64,000 bases of DNA from an uncultured Alphaproteobacteria bacterium. GTDB taxonomy: Bacteria; Pseudomonadota; Alphaproteobacteria; ATCC43930; CGMCC-115725. Each line of letters starts with the position of its first letter. The first letter of the stretch is position 1. Below are positions 33,652-43,749 of this stretch, in pieces. The stretch spans positions 56,715 through 120,714 of the forward strand of contig CAWFER010000016.1 in NCBI GenBank assembly GCA_963814805.1. Reading direction: 5' to 3'. The position numbers and the translations under genes are program-made. Below the pieces are notes generated by a model. It saw only the letters and a list, made by a program, of their open reading frames with translations, made no database searches and had not been told where the DNA came from.

Positions 33652-35867
33652 TCACGGCGCCGCCGCTGCACCGGGTGCCTCTTCCTGGCCGCACAATGCC
33701 GAGAACACCGCGGCGATGATCGGCATGCCGATCTCCTCGCGCAGGGTCATCACCGATTCGGGATGGAACTGGACCGCGGCGATCGGCAATTCCCGATGCT
33801 CGATCGCCATGACTACCCCGTCCGCGGTCTCGGCGGTGACCGACAAGCGCCGCCGGCAAAGCGCTGCGGCGGGCATGCAGCGAATGGTAGCGGCCGACGG
33901 TGAACTCGGCCGGCAGACCGTGCAGCAGCCGTCCGCCCAGCACCCGGACCACGGACGGCTTGCCGTGGATACGGCGCGCCCAGCACATCGAGCGCGCCGC
34001 CGAAATATTCGACGATCCCTTGCAGCCCGAGACAGACGCCGAACACCGGCACCGACTGCCCGACCAGCAGCTCGATGGTCTCGGCCATCGCAAAATCGGC
34101 CGGCCGGCCCGGCCCTGGCGACAGCACCACGAGATCGGGCGTCCGCGCCCCGGCGCAGTTCGGCGCGCGCCAGGTCGGGGCGCATCGTCGCCACCTCGGC
34201 GCCGGTGGTGCGGATGTAATTGGCCAAGGTGTGGACGAACGAATCCTCGTGATCGACCAGCAGCACCCTCGCCCCCGGCCCGCTTGCCACCCCGGCATGA
34301 CGCGGGCCGGCGCCGCCGCGGCCGACCTTGCCGCGGATCGCGGTGAACATCGCCGAGGCCTTGAGCCGGCATCTCGGCCTCCTCGGCCTCGGGTCGCTGT
34401 CGTACAGCAACGTGGCGCCGGCGCGCACTTCGCCGACCCCGTCCTGCATCCGGATCGTGCGCAGGGTGAGCCCGGTATTCATGTTGCCGTCGAAGGTGAT
34501 CCGGCCGATCGCGCCGCCATACCAGCGCCGCGACGAGCGCTCCTGCTCCTCGATAAAGCGGATCGCCCACAGCTTGGGCGCGCCGGTTACGGTCACCGCC
34601 CAGGCATGGCTCAAAAACCCGTCGAGCGCGTCGAATTCGGGGCACAACTCACCCTCGACATGGTCGACGGTGTGGATCAGCCGCGAATAGAGCTCGATCT
34701 GGCGCCGGCCGATCACCCGCACGCTGCCCGGCGTCGATACCCGCGACTTGTCGTTGCGGTCGACATCGGTGCACATCGTCAATTCGCTCTCGTCCTTCGC
34801 CGAGTTCAGCAATTCGCGGATGCGCTCGGCATCCTCGACCGGGTCGCGGCCGCGGGCGATCGTGCCGCTGATCGGGCAGGTCTCGATCCGCCTTCCTTCG
34901 ACCCGCACGAACATCTCGGGCGAGGCGGACGACCAGAAACTCGCCGCTCGCCGAGATTGATCAGCGCGCCATAGGGCGCCGGGTTGGCCTGGCGCAGCCG
35001 CTGGAAGACGACGCTCGGCGGGTCGGCGCAACGCTGCGGCGAACAGCTGCCCGACGACGACCTCGAACAGGTCGCCGCGGACGAAACGACTCCTTGGCGC
35101 GCTCGACCAGCGCGGCATATTCGCCGGGACCGTGGTCGCTCTCGCTCGGGCGATCGGCCGGCATCCGGTCGAGCCGGTAAGAGCGCCGCCGGCGTCGCTC
35201 GCGGCAGCCCCGCGGTCGAGGCGCCGCCGCACTTCGAATTCGTAGCGGTGGGTCGCGGCGCTCTGGCGCATATGGTCGACGACCAGGATCTCGTCGGGCA
35301 GATACAGCACGAGGTCGCGCTGGTCCTCGGGCCGCGGCAGGCGCAGCCGCATCGGCTCGAACTGAAACACCAGATCGTAGCCAAAAGCGCCGTAGAGACC
35401 CGAGATGCTGATCCTGCGGGCTGGCGAACAGGTCGACCAAGCGCGCGCAGCACCGAGAACACCGAAGGCTGCCGGCTGCGCATCTCCTCGGAAAACCGCT
35501 CGGTTGTCAGGGCGACCTCGCCGACGAGACGGTCCTCGCCGCTTCGGTCGAGGCTGGCCATCGGCAGCCGGGAAAGACAATCGGCGATCGCCGGCAACAA
35601 GACCTGGCCGCGCCGGTTCAGCGCGTCGATCGAAAAGCGCCGCCCGCGCGCGGTGAAACACAGCGGCGGATCGACAAACCCCATGTCCCAGCGCGTGTAG
35701 CGGCCGGGAAACTCGAAGCTCGACGAAAACAAGACGCCGCGACGATTATCGAGCGCCTGGGCCAGCGCATTGTCGGCCGGCTGATAGACGCGCTCGCGGA
35801 TTTCCCGCCTGATGCCGATGCCGCCCGCGGTGACGTAGCTGGCGGTGGTCTGGCTGGTGCGCTGCAT
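33652..35867 (-). pseudogene. trpE: anthranilate synthase, fused TrpE(G) form, at least six frameshifts
   Basis: ATG 35867 is preceded by AGGAG. TrpE motifs (LFSSSFEFPGRYTRWD, CPISGTIARG, ESELTMCTDVDRNDKSRV, RWYGGAIG) and a C-terminal glutamine amidotransferase domain (LLVDHEDSFVHTL, FGVCLGLQ, VQFHPES) are spread over three frames. Confidence 0.85.
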
Positions 35868-35920
35868 CAAGGATCTCCTCTGCGCCGGGCCGCTTGGGGA
35901 GGATCCGGGGAGGTTCGCCT

Positions 35921-35958
35921 CAAAACGCTAAAGGCCGCCCGGAACTCCGAAGCGGCCT
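35921..35958 (-). terminator. trp attenuator terminator hairpin
   Basis: On the minus strand, AGGCCGC-TT-CGG-AGTT-CCG-G-GCGGCCT is followed by TTAGCGTTTTGA. It lies between the WWW leader peptide and the trpE(G) start. An upstream GCGGCC (about 35983-35988) can pair with the left arm as an antiterminator. Confidence 0.6.
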
Positions 35959-35992
35959 CAATCGGAAAACGTCAAATCGACGGCCGCCCGTA

Positions 35993-36037
35993 TCAGACGA
36001 GCCACCACCAAGCTGCTGTCAGCGCCATGCGAACCAT
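35993..36037 (-). CDS. trpL: trp operon leader peptide (14 aa, three consecutive Trp codons)
   Basis: On the minus strand, ATG GTT CGC ATG GCG CTG ACA GCA GCT TGG TGG TGG CTC GTC TGA encodes MVRMALTAAWWWLV. It is analogous to the rhizobial trpL leader upstream of trpE(G). It is too short for the ORF track. Confidence 0.65.
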   Translation of the reverse strand: MVRMALTAAWWWLV

Positions 36038-36043
36038 GCCGGC

Positions 36044-36072
36044 ACCCTAGCAGCGGAAGATCGGCGGCGCAA
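36044..36072 (-). promoter_or_regulatory. candidate sigma-70 promoter of trpL-trpE(G)
   Basis: On the minus strand, TTGCGC-17 nt-TAGGGT ends 6 nt before the trpL ATG. This would give a near-leaderless transcript. It is pattern-only evidence. Confidence 0.3.
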
Positions 36073-36111
36073 CCGGTAGCGTCGGCGGTCCCAAATCCGC
36101 GTCATCGAGCC

Positions 36112-37403
36112 TCAGCCGCCGGCATCGCCCTGCTGCGCCATGCGGTAGCGCACCACTGCGGTCAGCGGGACCAGGGCATAACCCTTCTCGGCCAAAGTCG
36201 GCAGCCAGGCGCGCAGCGCCGCCAAGGTCGTATCGTGCGCATGGCCGATGGCGATGGCGCTGCCGCGGCGGCGGGCGACCGCCTCGAGCTCCGCCAGCTG
36301 GCGGGCGATCGCCGCCGGGGCGAGGTCGTCGTCGAGAAACACGTCGCGGCCGGCATGCGGCACCCCGTCCGCTGCCGCCAGGCGAATCCCGGCGCTCTTC
36401 GCGGTCGTGCGCGAATCGAGAAACAGGAGGCCGTGGGCGCGCAATTCGGCGATGACCGGCGCCATGCCCTGCGACATCGGCAGTGAATTTGCTGCCCATA
36501 TGGTTGTTGATCCCGACATAGCCGCTCGAAGCGCCCCAGATCCCAGCGCAGCCGGTCGAGGATTTCGTCGCGCGACAGCGGCCGTGTAGAGCGCGTGCGG
36601 GCCCGGGTCCTCGCGCCGGTCGACCGCCTCCATCGGCACGTGCAGCAACAGCTCATGGCCGGCCCGGCGCGCCGCCGCGGTCTGCTGCGGCCAGATCGTC
36701 GGCATAGGTCATGAACGACATCGTGATCGGCGCCGGCAATCGGATCGCCGCGGCGGTGCGCACCCGGTCGAGGCCGAGATCGTCGAGCACGATCGCGACG
36801 AGCGGCCGGTCGCCGCCGGGCGCAGCCGGCGCCGCAAACCGCAGCCAAGCCGGCTCCGTGCGGGGTGCGGGGCGCGGCGGCGGCGTATGGGCCGGCGCTG
36901 GCAGCGGCGGCGGCGGGCGCAGCGCCGTCTCCTCCACCGGGCGCGGCGCCGGGCCGGCCTTGCTCGACGGGGTGCGCGGCCGGACGGACATCGCGCGAAG
37001 CCGGGACCGCAGCGGCCTTCGCCAGGATCGACTTGGGCGCGCTCCCGCCCGGCGCCTTTGCTTGTCCGGCGTCTTTGCTTGGTAGAGGGCCGGGAGCAGC
37101 GCAAGGAAGATGCCGCCGCCTGCCAACGCCAGCATAAACAGCAGGCCGAGCGAGGAATGCCGGCTGCGCAACCACCGCCATGCGCCGGCTAACCGTCGCC
37201 ACCCTGCCCTTGCCTTTGCCGATCGCCCGCCGCGCCGCCGCATCCCAATCCTTCAGCTGGGCCGGTCGTCGTCGATCGCGGGGGTCGTCCTCATGCCGCA
37301 GGACGTAAACGTCCCGATGTCTCGGCGTCAACACAGACCCCGCGGCGGTTGCGGCGTCCTGGCCGGCGAGTCTGGGGCGGGCGATCCGGGCGCGCCCGGA
37401 CAT
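36112..37403 (-). pseudogene. divergent polysaccharide deacetylase family protein (YibQ-like), about three frameshifts
   Basis: The C-terminal domain is in ORF 36112-36705 (..LLHVPMEA..LLFLDSRTT..AIAIGHAHDTTLAAL..). The membrane anchor, Pro-rich linker and VAIVLDDLG are in ORF 36653-37243. The N-terminus is in the 36162-37532 frame. Confidence 0.6.
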
Positions 37404-37532
37404 GGCGTTCCGTCGGGCGGCGCGGGCTGATATAAGGATGCGATGACGAGGCGAGCCCGGCGCATGCCAGCGCGAATGGATCCAGCGCGAAATTGATGCT
37501 TTCCCCGGCTCGGCGATGCCGGAAGCTGCCAA

Positions 37533-38583
37533 GTGAACGGCGCCCCGGCCGATCTCAAAGCACTGCTGGCGCTAGTCGCGCAGGGCCGCAGCCTGAGCGA
37601 GCGCGAGGCCGAGGCGGCGTTCGACATCATCATGAGCGGCGACGCCACGCCGTCGCAGATGGGCGCCTTTCTGATGGCGCTGCGGGTGCGCGGCGAAACC
37701 GTCGACGAGATCGCCGGCGCGGCGCGCATCATGCGGGCAAAAGCCGTCGCGATCGACGCACCGCCGGGGGCGATCGACACCTGCGGCACCGGCGGCGATG
37801 CGTCGGGAAGCTTCAACATCTCGACCGCGAGCGCCTTGGTGGTCGCCGGCTGCGGCGTGCCGGTCGCCAAGCACGGCAATCGCGCCTTGTCGTCGAAATC
37901 GGGTTCGGCCGACGTGCTGACCGCGCTCGGCGTCAACATCGATGCCGAGCTTGCCGTGGTGCGCGCCTGTCTGTGGGAGATCGGCATCGGCTTTCTGATG
38001 GCGCCGCGCCATCACAGCGCCACCCGCCACGTGGCCCCCACCCGGGTCGAGCTCGGGAACGCGGACGATCTTCAACCTGCTGGGTCCGCTGTCGAGCCCG
38101 GCCGGCGCGCGCCGCCAGCTGGTCGGCGTGTTCGCGCCCGAATGGGTGCGGCCGATGGCCGAGGTGCTGGGCCGGCTCGGCGGCGAGCGCGCCTGGGTCG
38201 TGCATGGCGACGGGCTCGACGAGCTGACCACCGCCGGCCCGACCACGGTCGCGGCGCTCGCCGAGGGCCGGGTCGAGGTGTTCGAGATCGTCGCTGGGGA
38301 CGCCGGGCTGCCTTCGGCGCGACGCGAGGATTTGCGCGGCGGCGAGCCCGAGTACAACGCCCGGCTGATGCGCCGATTGCTGGCCGGCGACGGCGGCCCG
38401 CTGCGCGATGTCGTGCTGCTGAACAGCGGCGCGGCGCTGCTGGTCGCCGGCCGCGCGGCGAACCTCGCCGATGGCGCCGAGCTCGCCGCACGCTCGATCG
38501 ATTCGGGCGCGGCGCGCCGGGTGCTGGACGATCTGGTCGCGCGCACCAATTTGCCGGCCGAAGCTGCGCAGGGGCCACGATGA
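37533..38583 (+). pseudogene. trpD: anthranilate phosphoribosyltransferase, at least one frameshift
   Basis: GTG 37533. The N-terminal half has DTCGTGGD and KHGNRA. The C-terminal half is in ORF 38128-38583 (..[14 protein letters not shown]..). The join lies near 38050-38110. Confidence 0.85.
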
Positions 38584-39380
38584 GCGACGTTCTCGCCCGC
38601 ATCTGCGCCGACAAGCGCGCCGATGTCGCGCGCCGCAAGGCGGCGATCTCGGAGGCGGCGCTCGGCGCCGGCCTTGCTGCGGCGCCGCCGGTGCGCGGGT
38701 TTGCCGCGGCGCTGCAGCGGCAGATGGCTGCCGGCCGCTACGGTCTGATCGCCGAGATCAAGAAGGCCTCGCCCAGCGCCGGGCTGATCCGCGCCGATTT
38801 CGACCCCGCCGCCTTGGCGCGCGCCTATCAGGCGGGCGGCGCCGCCTGTCTTTCGGTGCTGACCGATACGCCCTATTTCCAGGGCCGCGACGCGCGATCT
38901 GCGCGCGGCCCGCGGCGTCGTGCAATTGCCGGTGCTGCGCAAGGATTTCATCCTCGATCCCTACCAGGTGCTCGAAAGCCGCATGATCGGGGCCGATTGC
39001 GTGCTGCTGATCATGGCCGCGCTGTCGGACGCGGCTGGCCGGGCGAGCTGGCGGCGGCGGCAGCCGAGCTCGGCCTCGATGCGCTGGCCGAAATGCATGA
39101 CGCCGGCGAACTCGAGCGGGCGATCGCGGCTCGAAGTGCGGTTGATCGGCATCAACAATCGTAATCTGAAGACGCTTGGCGGTCGATCTCAAGACGACGG
39201 AGGAGCTGTCCCCGCTGGTGCCGGCCGATCGCATCATCGTCGCCGAAAGCGGGATTCGCGGTCGCCGACGATCTGACTTCGCCTGGCCGCGGCCGGGGCG
39301 AGATGCTTCCTCGTCGGCGAAACCCTGATGCGCAAGCCCGATGTCGCCGCGGCCACGCGCGATCTGCTCGGCCCGCCCGA
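38580..39380 (+). pseudogene. trpC: indole-3-glycerol phosphate synthase, at least three frameshifts; 3' boundary approximate
   Basis: ATG 38580 overlaps the trpD stop (ATGA). Motifs [32 protein letters not shown] and FLVGETLM are read across three frames. No stop separates it from moaC in the frame as sequenced. Confidence 0.8.
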
Positions 39381-39854
39381 ATTCACCCATCTCGACGCGC
39401 ACGGACGCGCGCGAATGGTCGATGTCTCGGCCAAGGGCGAGACCGACCGGGTGGCGGTCGCCGGGGCGCGCGTCGTCATGCAGCCGCAGACCCTCGAACG
39501 CATCCGCGCCGGCGATGTCGCCAAGGGCGATGTGCTGGCGGTAGCCCGGCTCGCCGGGATTATGGCGGCCAAGCGCACCGCCGAACTGATCCCGCTGTGC
39601 CATCCGCTGGCGCTGACCTCGGTCGAGGTCGATTTCGTCTGCGTCGCCCGAGAAGAGCGCGGTCGAGATCACCGCCACCTGCCGCCTGCGCGGCCGCACC
39701 GGGGTCGAGATGGAGGCGCTGACCGCGGCCGGCGTTGCGGCGCTGACGATCTATGACATGTGCAAGGCGGTCGATCGCGGGATGATCGTCACCGACCTTC
39801 GCCTGTTGCACAAATCCGGCGGAAAATCAGGAATTCTGGGAGGCGATACCGTGA
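39381..39854 (+). pseudogene. moaC: cyclic pyranopterin monophosphate synthase MoaC, two frameshifts; 5' boundary approximate
   Basis: [43 protein letters not shown] and [26 protein letters not shown] identify it. Restoring one base near 39830 gives ..KSGEFWEAIP and a TGA at 39852-39854. Confidence 0.8.
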
Positions 39855-41069
39855 TTTCGGTTGAAGAAGCCCTGCAGCGTCTGCTGAGCCTGGTCGAGGC
39901 CTTGCCGGCGGAGCAGATTTCGCTCGCCGACGGGCTCGGCCGGGTGCTGGCCGAAGATCTGGCGGCGCGCCGCACCCAGCCGCCTTTCGCGGTCTCGGCA
40001 ATGGACGGCTACGCGGTGCGCGCCGATGATCTGGGTCGGATTCCGGTCGAGTTGCGCATCGTCGCCGAGGTGCCGGCCGGGGCCGGGTTCGGCGGTCATA
40101 TCGGCGCCGGCGAGGCTGCGCGCATCTTTACCGGGGCGCCGATGCCGGCCGGCGCCGACACCATCGTCATCCAGGAGGACGCCGAGCGGGACGGCGACCG
40201 GGTGCGGGTGCGCGAGCGGCGCCCCGCGCGGCCGCTATGTGCGCCGCGAGGGCCTCGATTTTGCTGAGGGCGACGTGCTGCTGCGCCCGGGTCGGCGGCT
40301 CGGCGCGCGCGACATCGGCCTGTTGGCGGCGATGAACCGGCCCTGGCTCTTTGTCCACCGCCGGCCGCGCATCGGCATCCTGTCGACCGGCGACGAGATC
40401 GTCATGCCGGGCGATCCGATCGGGCCGCACCAGATCGTCAGCTCGAACAGCCTGGCGCTGGCCGCCATCGTCGCCGCCAGCGGCGGGGCCGCGGTTTCGC
40501 TCGGCAACGCGCCCGACGATCGACAGGCGCTGCGCCGCATCGTCGCCGCCGCCACGGGCGTCGACCTCCTGGTCACGACCGGCGGGGTTTCGGTCGGCGA
40601 GCACGATCTGGTGCGCGAGGCGCTGGCCGCCGACGGGTTCGAATCTCGATTTCTGGCAGATCGCGATGCGGCCTGGAAAGCCGCTGATGGCCGGGCGTTA
40701 CCGCGGCACGCCGATGCTCGGGCTGCCAGGCAATCCGGTTTCGACCTTTGTCTGCGCCCTGTTGTTCCTCAAGCCGGCGATCGAGCGCTTGGGCGGTCTG
40801 GGGCTCGGCGGCGGAGCCCTTGGCGACCGCGCGGCTCGGCCGCCGCGCTGGCGGCGAACGACCGGCGCCAGGATTATCTGCGCGCCCGGCTCGGCCGCGC
40901 CGCTGACGGGGTCGAGGAGGTGACGGCCTTCGAAATCCAGGACAGTTCGATGATGCGGCTGCTCTCGGCCGCCGACTGCCTGATCGTGCGCCCGCCGCAC
41001 GCCCCTGCCGCCGCCGCCGGCAGCGCCGTGCCGATCATCCGCTTCCCGACCGGGGCGTCGCCGATCTGA
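39851..41069 (+). pseudogene. moeA: molybdopterin molybdotransferase MoeA, at least three frameshifts
   Basis: GTG 39851 lies 7 nt after [34 protein letters not shown] and MRPGKP..GLPGNPVS are read across frames 39710, 40026 and 40351. Confidence 0.8.
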
Positions 41070-41136
41070 GCGGCCGGCCAGTCCGAGCGGCTGGCACGCC
41101 AAATTTGATCCTCCCGAGGGGCTTGACGCGCGACGC

Positions 41137-41156
41137 GAACTAAAGTAGAACAGAAC
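41137..41156 (+). promoter_or_regulatory. alphaproteobacterial SOS (LexA) box, GAAC-N7-GAAC, with a third GAAC
   Basis: GAACTAAAGTAGAACAGAAC lies 44-63 nt upstream of the lexA start. It matches the direct-repeat LexA operator known for Alphaproteobacteria. TTGACG at 41123-41128 could be the -35 element. Confidence 0.6.
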
Positions 41157-41199
41157 CTGCTGTTTAGGGTTCGTTCCGCACCGCGCAAGTGGGGGCTTC

Positions 41200-41902
41200 A
41201 TGTTGACTGCAAAGCAGCGCGAATTGCTGCTATTCATAAACCAGCGTCTGACCGCCACCGGCGTCTCGCCGTCGTTCGACGAGATGAAGGATGCGCTGCG
41301 CCTCAAATCCAAATCCGGAATTCATCGGCTGGTCAGCGGCCTCGAGGAGCGCGGTTTTATACGCCGCCTGCCGCACCGGGCGCGCGCGCTGGAGGTGACC
41401 AAGTTGCCCGAGGAGAGCGCCGCGCCGGCGACCGACCGCGGCCGATTCTCGCCGACCGTGATCCGCGGCGACTTCAAGGCCTCGCTGCCCGGCGCCCCGG
41501 TGGCGCCCGACGTCGCCGCGGTCGATCTGCCGCTCTACGGGCGGATCGCCGCCGGCACCCCGATCGAGGCGCTGCGCGACCAGAGCAACACGGTCGGCGT
41601 ACCGGCGAGCCTGCTCGGCCATGGCGGCGAGCACTACGCTCTCGAAGTCGCCGGCGACAGCATGATCGAGGCCGGCATTCTCGATGGCGACACCGTGATC
41701 ATCGAGCGCGGCGACACCGCCGAAAACGGCGCCGTCGTCGTCGCGCTGGTCGATCAGGGAGGAAGTCACGTTGAAGCGGCTGCGCCGACGCGGCGCCTCG
41801 ATCGCCCTCGAACCGGCGAACAAGGCCTACGAAACCCGCATTTTCGGCCCCGACCGGGTCGAAGTTCAGGGCCGTCTGGTCGGGCTGTTGCGGCGCTACT
41901 GA
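41200..41902 (+). pseudogene. lexA: LexA repressor, one frameshift
   Basis: The N-terminal wHTH ([26 protein letters not shown]) and the catalytic region ([13 protein letters not shown]) are present. After a slip near 41755 it reads [26 protein letters not shown]... The stop is at 41900-41902. Confidence 0.85.
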
Positions 41903-41921
41903 AAGCCGCCTCGCGACCTTT

Positions 41922-41946
41922 CCCCTCGCCGCTTGCCGGCAGAGGG
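41922..41946. terminator. GC-rich hairpin between convergent lexA and tatC (no U-tract)
   Basis: In CCCCTCGCCG-CTTGC-CGGCAGAGGG, CCCTC pairs with GAGGG and GCCG pairs with CGGC, giving a 9-bp stem with one bulge. The architecture is the same as at 48322-48351 and 59296-59320. Confidence 0.35.
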
Positions 41947-41991
41947 TCGAACTGAGTGGCGATCCACTTTATAACGGAACCGGTCGCGCCG

Positions 41992-42834
41992 TCACTTGCC
42001 CGTGGCCGCCGGATCGCCGTTGCCGGCAAGCGCCGCCTCCTCGGCGGCCTCGCGCTTGGCGCGCCCCTTCTCGACCATGCGACAGGCGATGATCGAGGCT
42101 TCGAACAGGATAATCAGCGGGATCGCCAGGCTGGTCTGGCTGATAACGTCGGGCGGCGTCAGCACCGCAGCGATGACGAACATGATCACGATCGCATAGC
42201 GCCGCTTCGAGGCTAGCCCGGCCGCGGTGACGAGCCCGACCCGCGCCATCAAGGTCAGCAATACTGGCAGCTGAAAGGCGACGCCGAAGGCGAACAGCAG
42301 GGTCATGACCAAGGAAAGGTATTGGTCGACCTTGGCGTCGAGAACGATCGGCAAGGTGCCCGGGCCGCCCGGCGATTCGAAGCTGACAAAAAATCGCCAA
42401 GCGTATGGGATAACTACAAAATAGGCGAGCGAGGCGCCCATCAGAAACAATACCGGCGTGGCGAACAGGTAGGGGAAGAAGGCCCGCTTCTCGTTTTTGT
42501 AGAGGCCGGGGGCGACGAACTTCCAGATCTGGATCGCCACGATCGGAAAGGCGATGCACAGCGCCGCCCAGAAGGACACTTTTACGTAGGTAAAGAAGGC
42601 CTCGGTCAGGCCGGTGTAGATCAGGTGCCGCCCGGTCTGACCGGCAAAGATCACCGCCAGCGGGTGGACGAGAAAGCCGTAGATCCGCTCCTTGAAATGA
42701 TAGCAGACGAGGAAAGCGACCATGATCGCGCCGATCGACCACATCAGCCGGTTGCGCAACTCGATCAAGTGGTCGAGCAGCGGCATTCGGCCGGCCTCGA
42801 GCTCGGCCTCGCGATCATCCTCCATCGCGCTCAC
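41992..42834 (-). CDS. tatC: twin-arginine translocase subunit TatC
   Basis: Intact 280-aa ORF with typical TatC sequence (MPLLDHLIELRNRL.., six hydrophobic segments, LTPPDVISQ). Confidence 0.9.
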   Translation of the reverse strand: MSAMEDDREAELEAGRMPLLDHLIELRNRLMWSIGAIMVAFLVCYHFKERIYGFLVHPLAVIFAGQTGRHLIYTGLTEAFFTYVKVSFWAALCIAFPIVAIQIWKFVAPGLYKNEKRAFFPYLFATPVLFLMGASLAYFVVIPYAWRFFVSFESPGGPGTLPIVLDAKVDQYLSLVMTLLFAFGVAFQLPVLLTLMARVGLVTAAGLASKRRYAIVIMFVIAAVLTPPDVISQTSLAIPLIILFEASIIACRMVEKGRAKREAAEEAALAGNGDPAATGK

Positions 42835-43336
42835 TTATGGTCTCGGCGGCGCTATGTCGCGGGCGAAGCCAGCCGGCGCCTCGCCGGGGCCGGGCGTCGC
42901 AGCGCCGGCCGCGGGCTCGGCCGATCCCAGTGCGGACTCCCGGACACTCGGCCAGTCCTCCCGCCGCTTCAGGAACCGGTGCGGCCTCGACGCTTTCTGC
43001 GGCCGCGGGCGCCGCCAACAGCTCCGGGCTTACAGGGCTCGGCGGCTCGGCAGGCTTCAGGATTTCGGCAGGATTCGCCGGCGGCTCGATCGTGTTGTGG
43101 AACTCCTGCTGGAGGTCGAATTCGCTGGCCTTTTTCAAGTCCTGGCGCATTTCGTCGAGCTCGGATTCGCGGATCATCTGATCAATGCTGCTCTGAAATT
43201 CGCGCGACAGGGTGCGCGCCTTGCGGACCCAGAAGCCGGCGACGCGCAGCGCTTTGGGCAGATCCTTCGGGCCGATGAAGACGAGCGCCACCACCCCGAC
43301 CAGCAGGATCTCCGACCAGCCCAGATCAAACAGCAT
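42815..43336 (-). CDS. tatB: twin-arginine translocase subunit TatB
   Basis: Internal ATG at 43336 opens MLFDLGWSEILLVGVVALVFIGPKDLPKALR.., followed by an amphipathic helix and a Pro/Ala-rich tail. The 3' end overlaps tatC by about 20 nt, so the tail frame is uncertain. Confidence 0.7.
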   Translation of the reverse strand: MLFDLGWSEILLVGVVALVFIGPKDLPKALRVAGFWVRKARTLSREFQSSIDQMIRESELDEMRQDLKKASEFDLQQEFHNTIEPPANPAEILKPAEPPSPVSPELLAAPAAAESVEAAPVPEAAGGLAECPGVRTGIGRARGRRCDARPRRGAGWLRPRHSAAETISERDGG

Positions 43337-43517
43337 CGGATCGTCCGCTCCGACGAATAGACATGGCCGAGGCTCCGCAAGCGGGCGCGATGATGTCAGA
43401 AAGGGCCGGCGTCGGCAACGGCCACCCCGGACCGGGTAACGCTCGCCTGGCATGACCGGCCGATTGGGTTCGCGCGGATCGCGGCTCGCGGCTGCAGCGC
43501 CCGCGCCCGATGAGCTT

Positions 43518-43703
43518 TCAGCGGCGCACCAACCAGACCAGCGCCACGCCGGCGCAGGCGGCGGCGAGGCCGGCCATCCGCAGCGCCTGCGGCGGGACCG
43601 CGACAGCCCGCGCCGCGGCTCGCTTCATGCCCTCGGGAAAGAGCGCGTAGAGACAACCCTCGATCACCAGCACGAGAGCGAGCGACGTCCACAGATCGCT
43701 CAT
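43518..43703 (-). CDS. DUF2065 family small membrane protein
   Basis: 61-aa ORF MSDLWTSLALVLVIEGCLYALFPEGMKR.. sits in the usual position directly downstream of hflC. Confidence 0.7.
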   Translation of the reverse strand: MSDLWTSLALVLVIEGCLYALFPEGMKRAAARAVAVPPQALRMAGLAAACAGVALVWLVRR

Positions 43704-43749
43704 CGCCCGATGGCTCTGCCCGATCTCCGGCCGACGGCCGGGATGTGGT

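Noticed and set aside
40625-40650. tRNA T-arm-like GGTTCGAATC.
   Set aside because: It lies inside the moeA coding sequence (..ADGFE..). The flanking bases do not form a T-stem or an acceptor stem.
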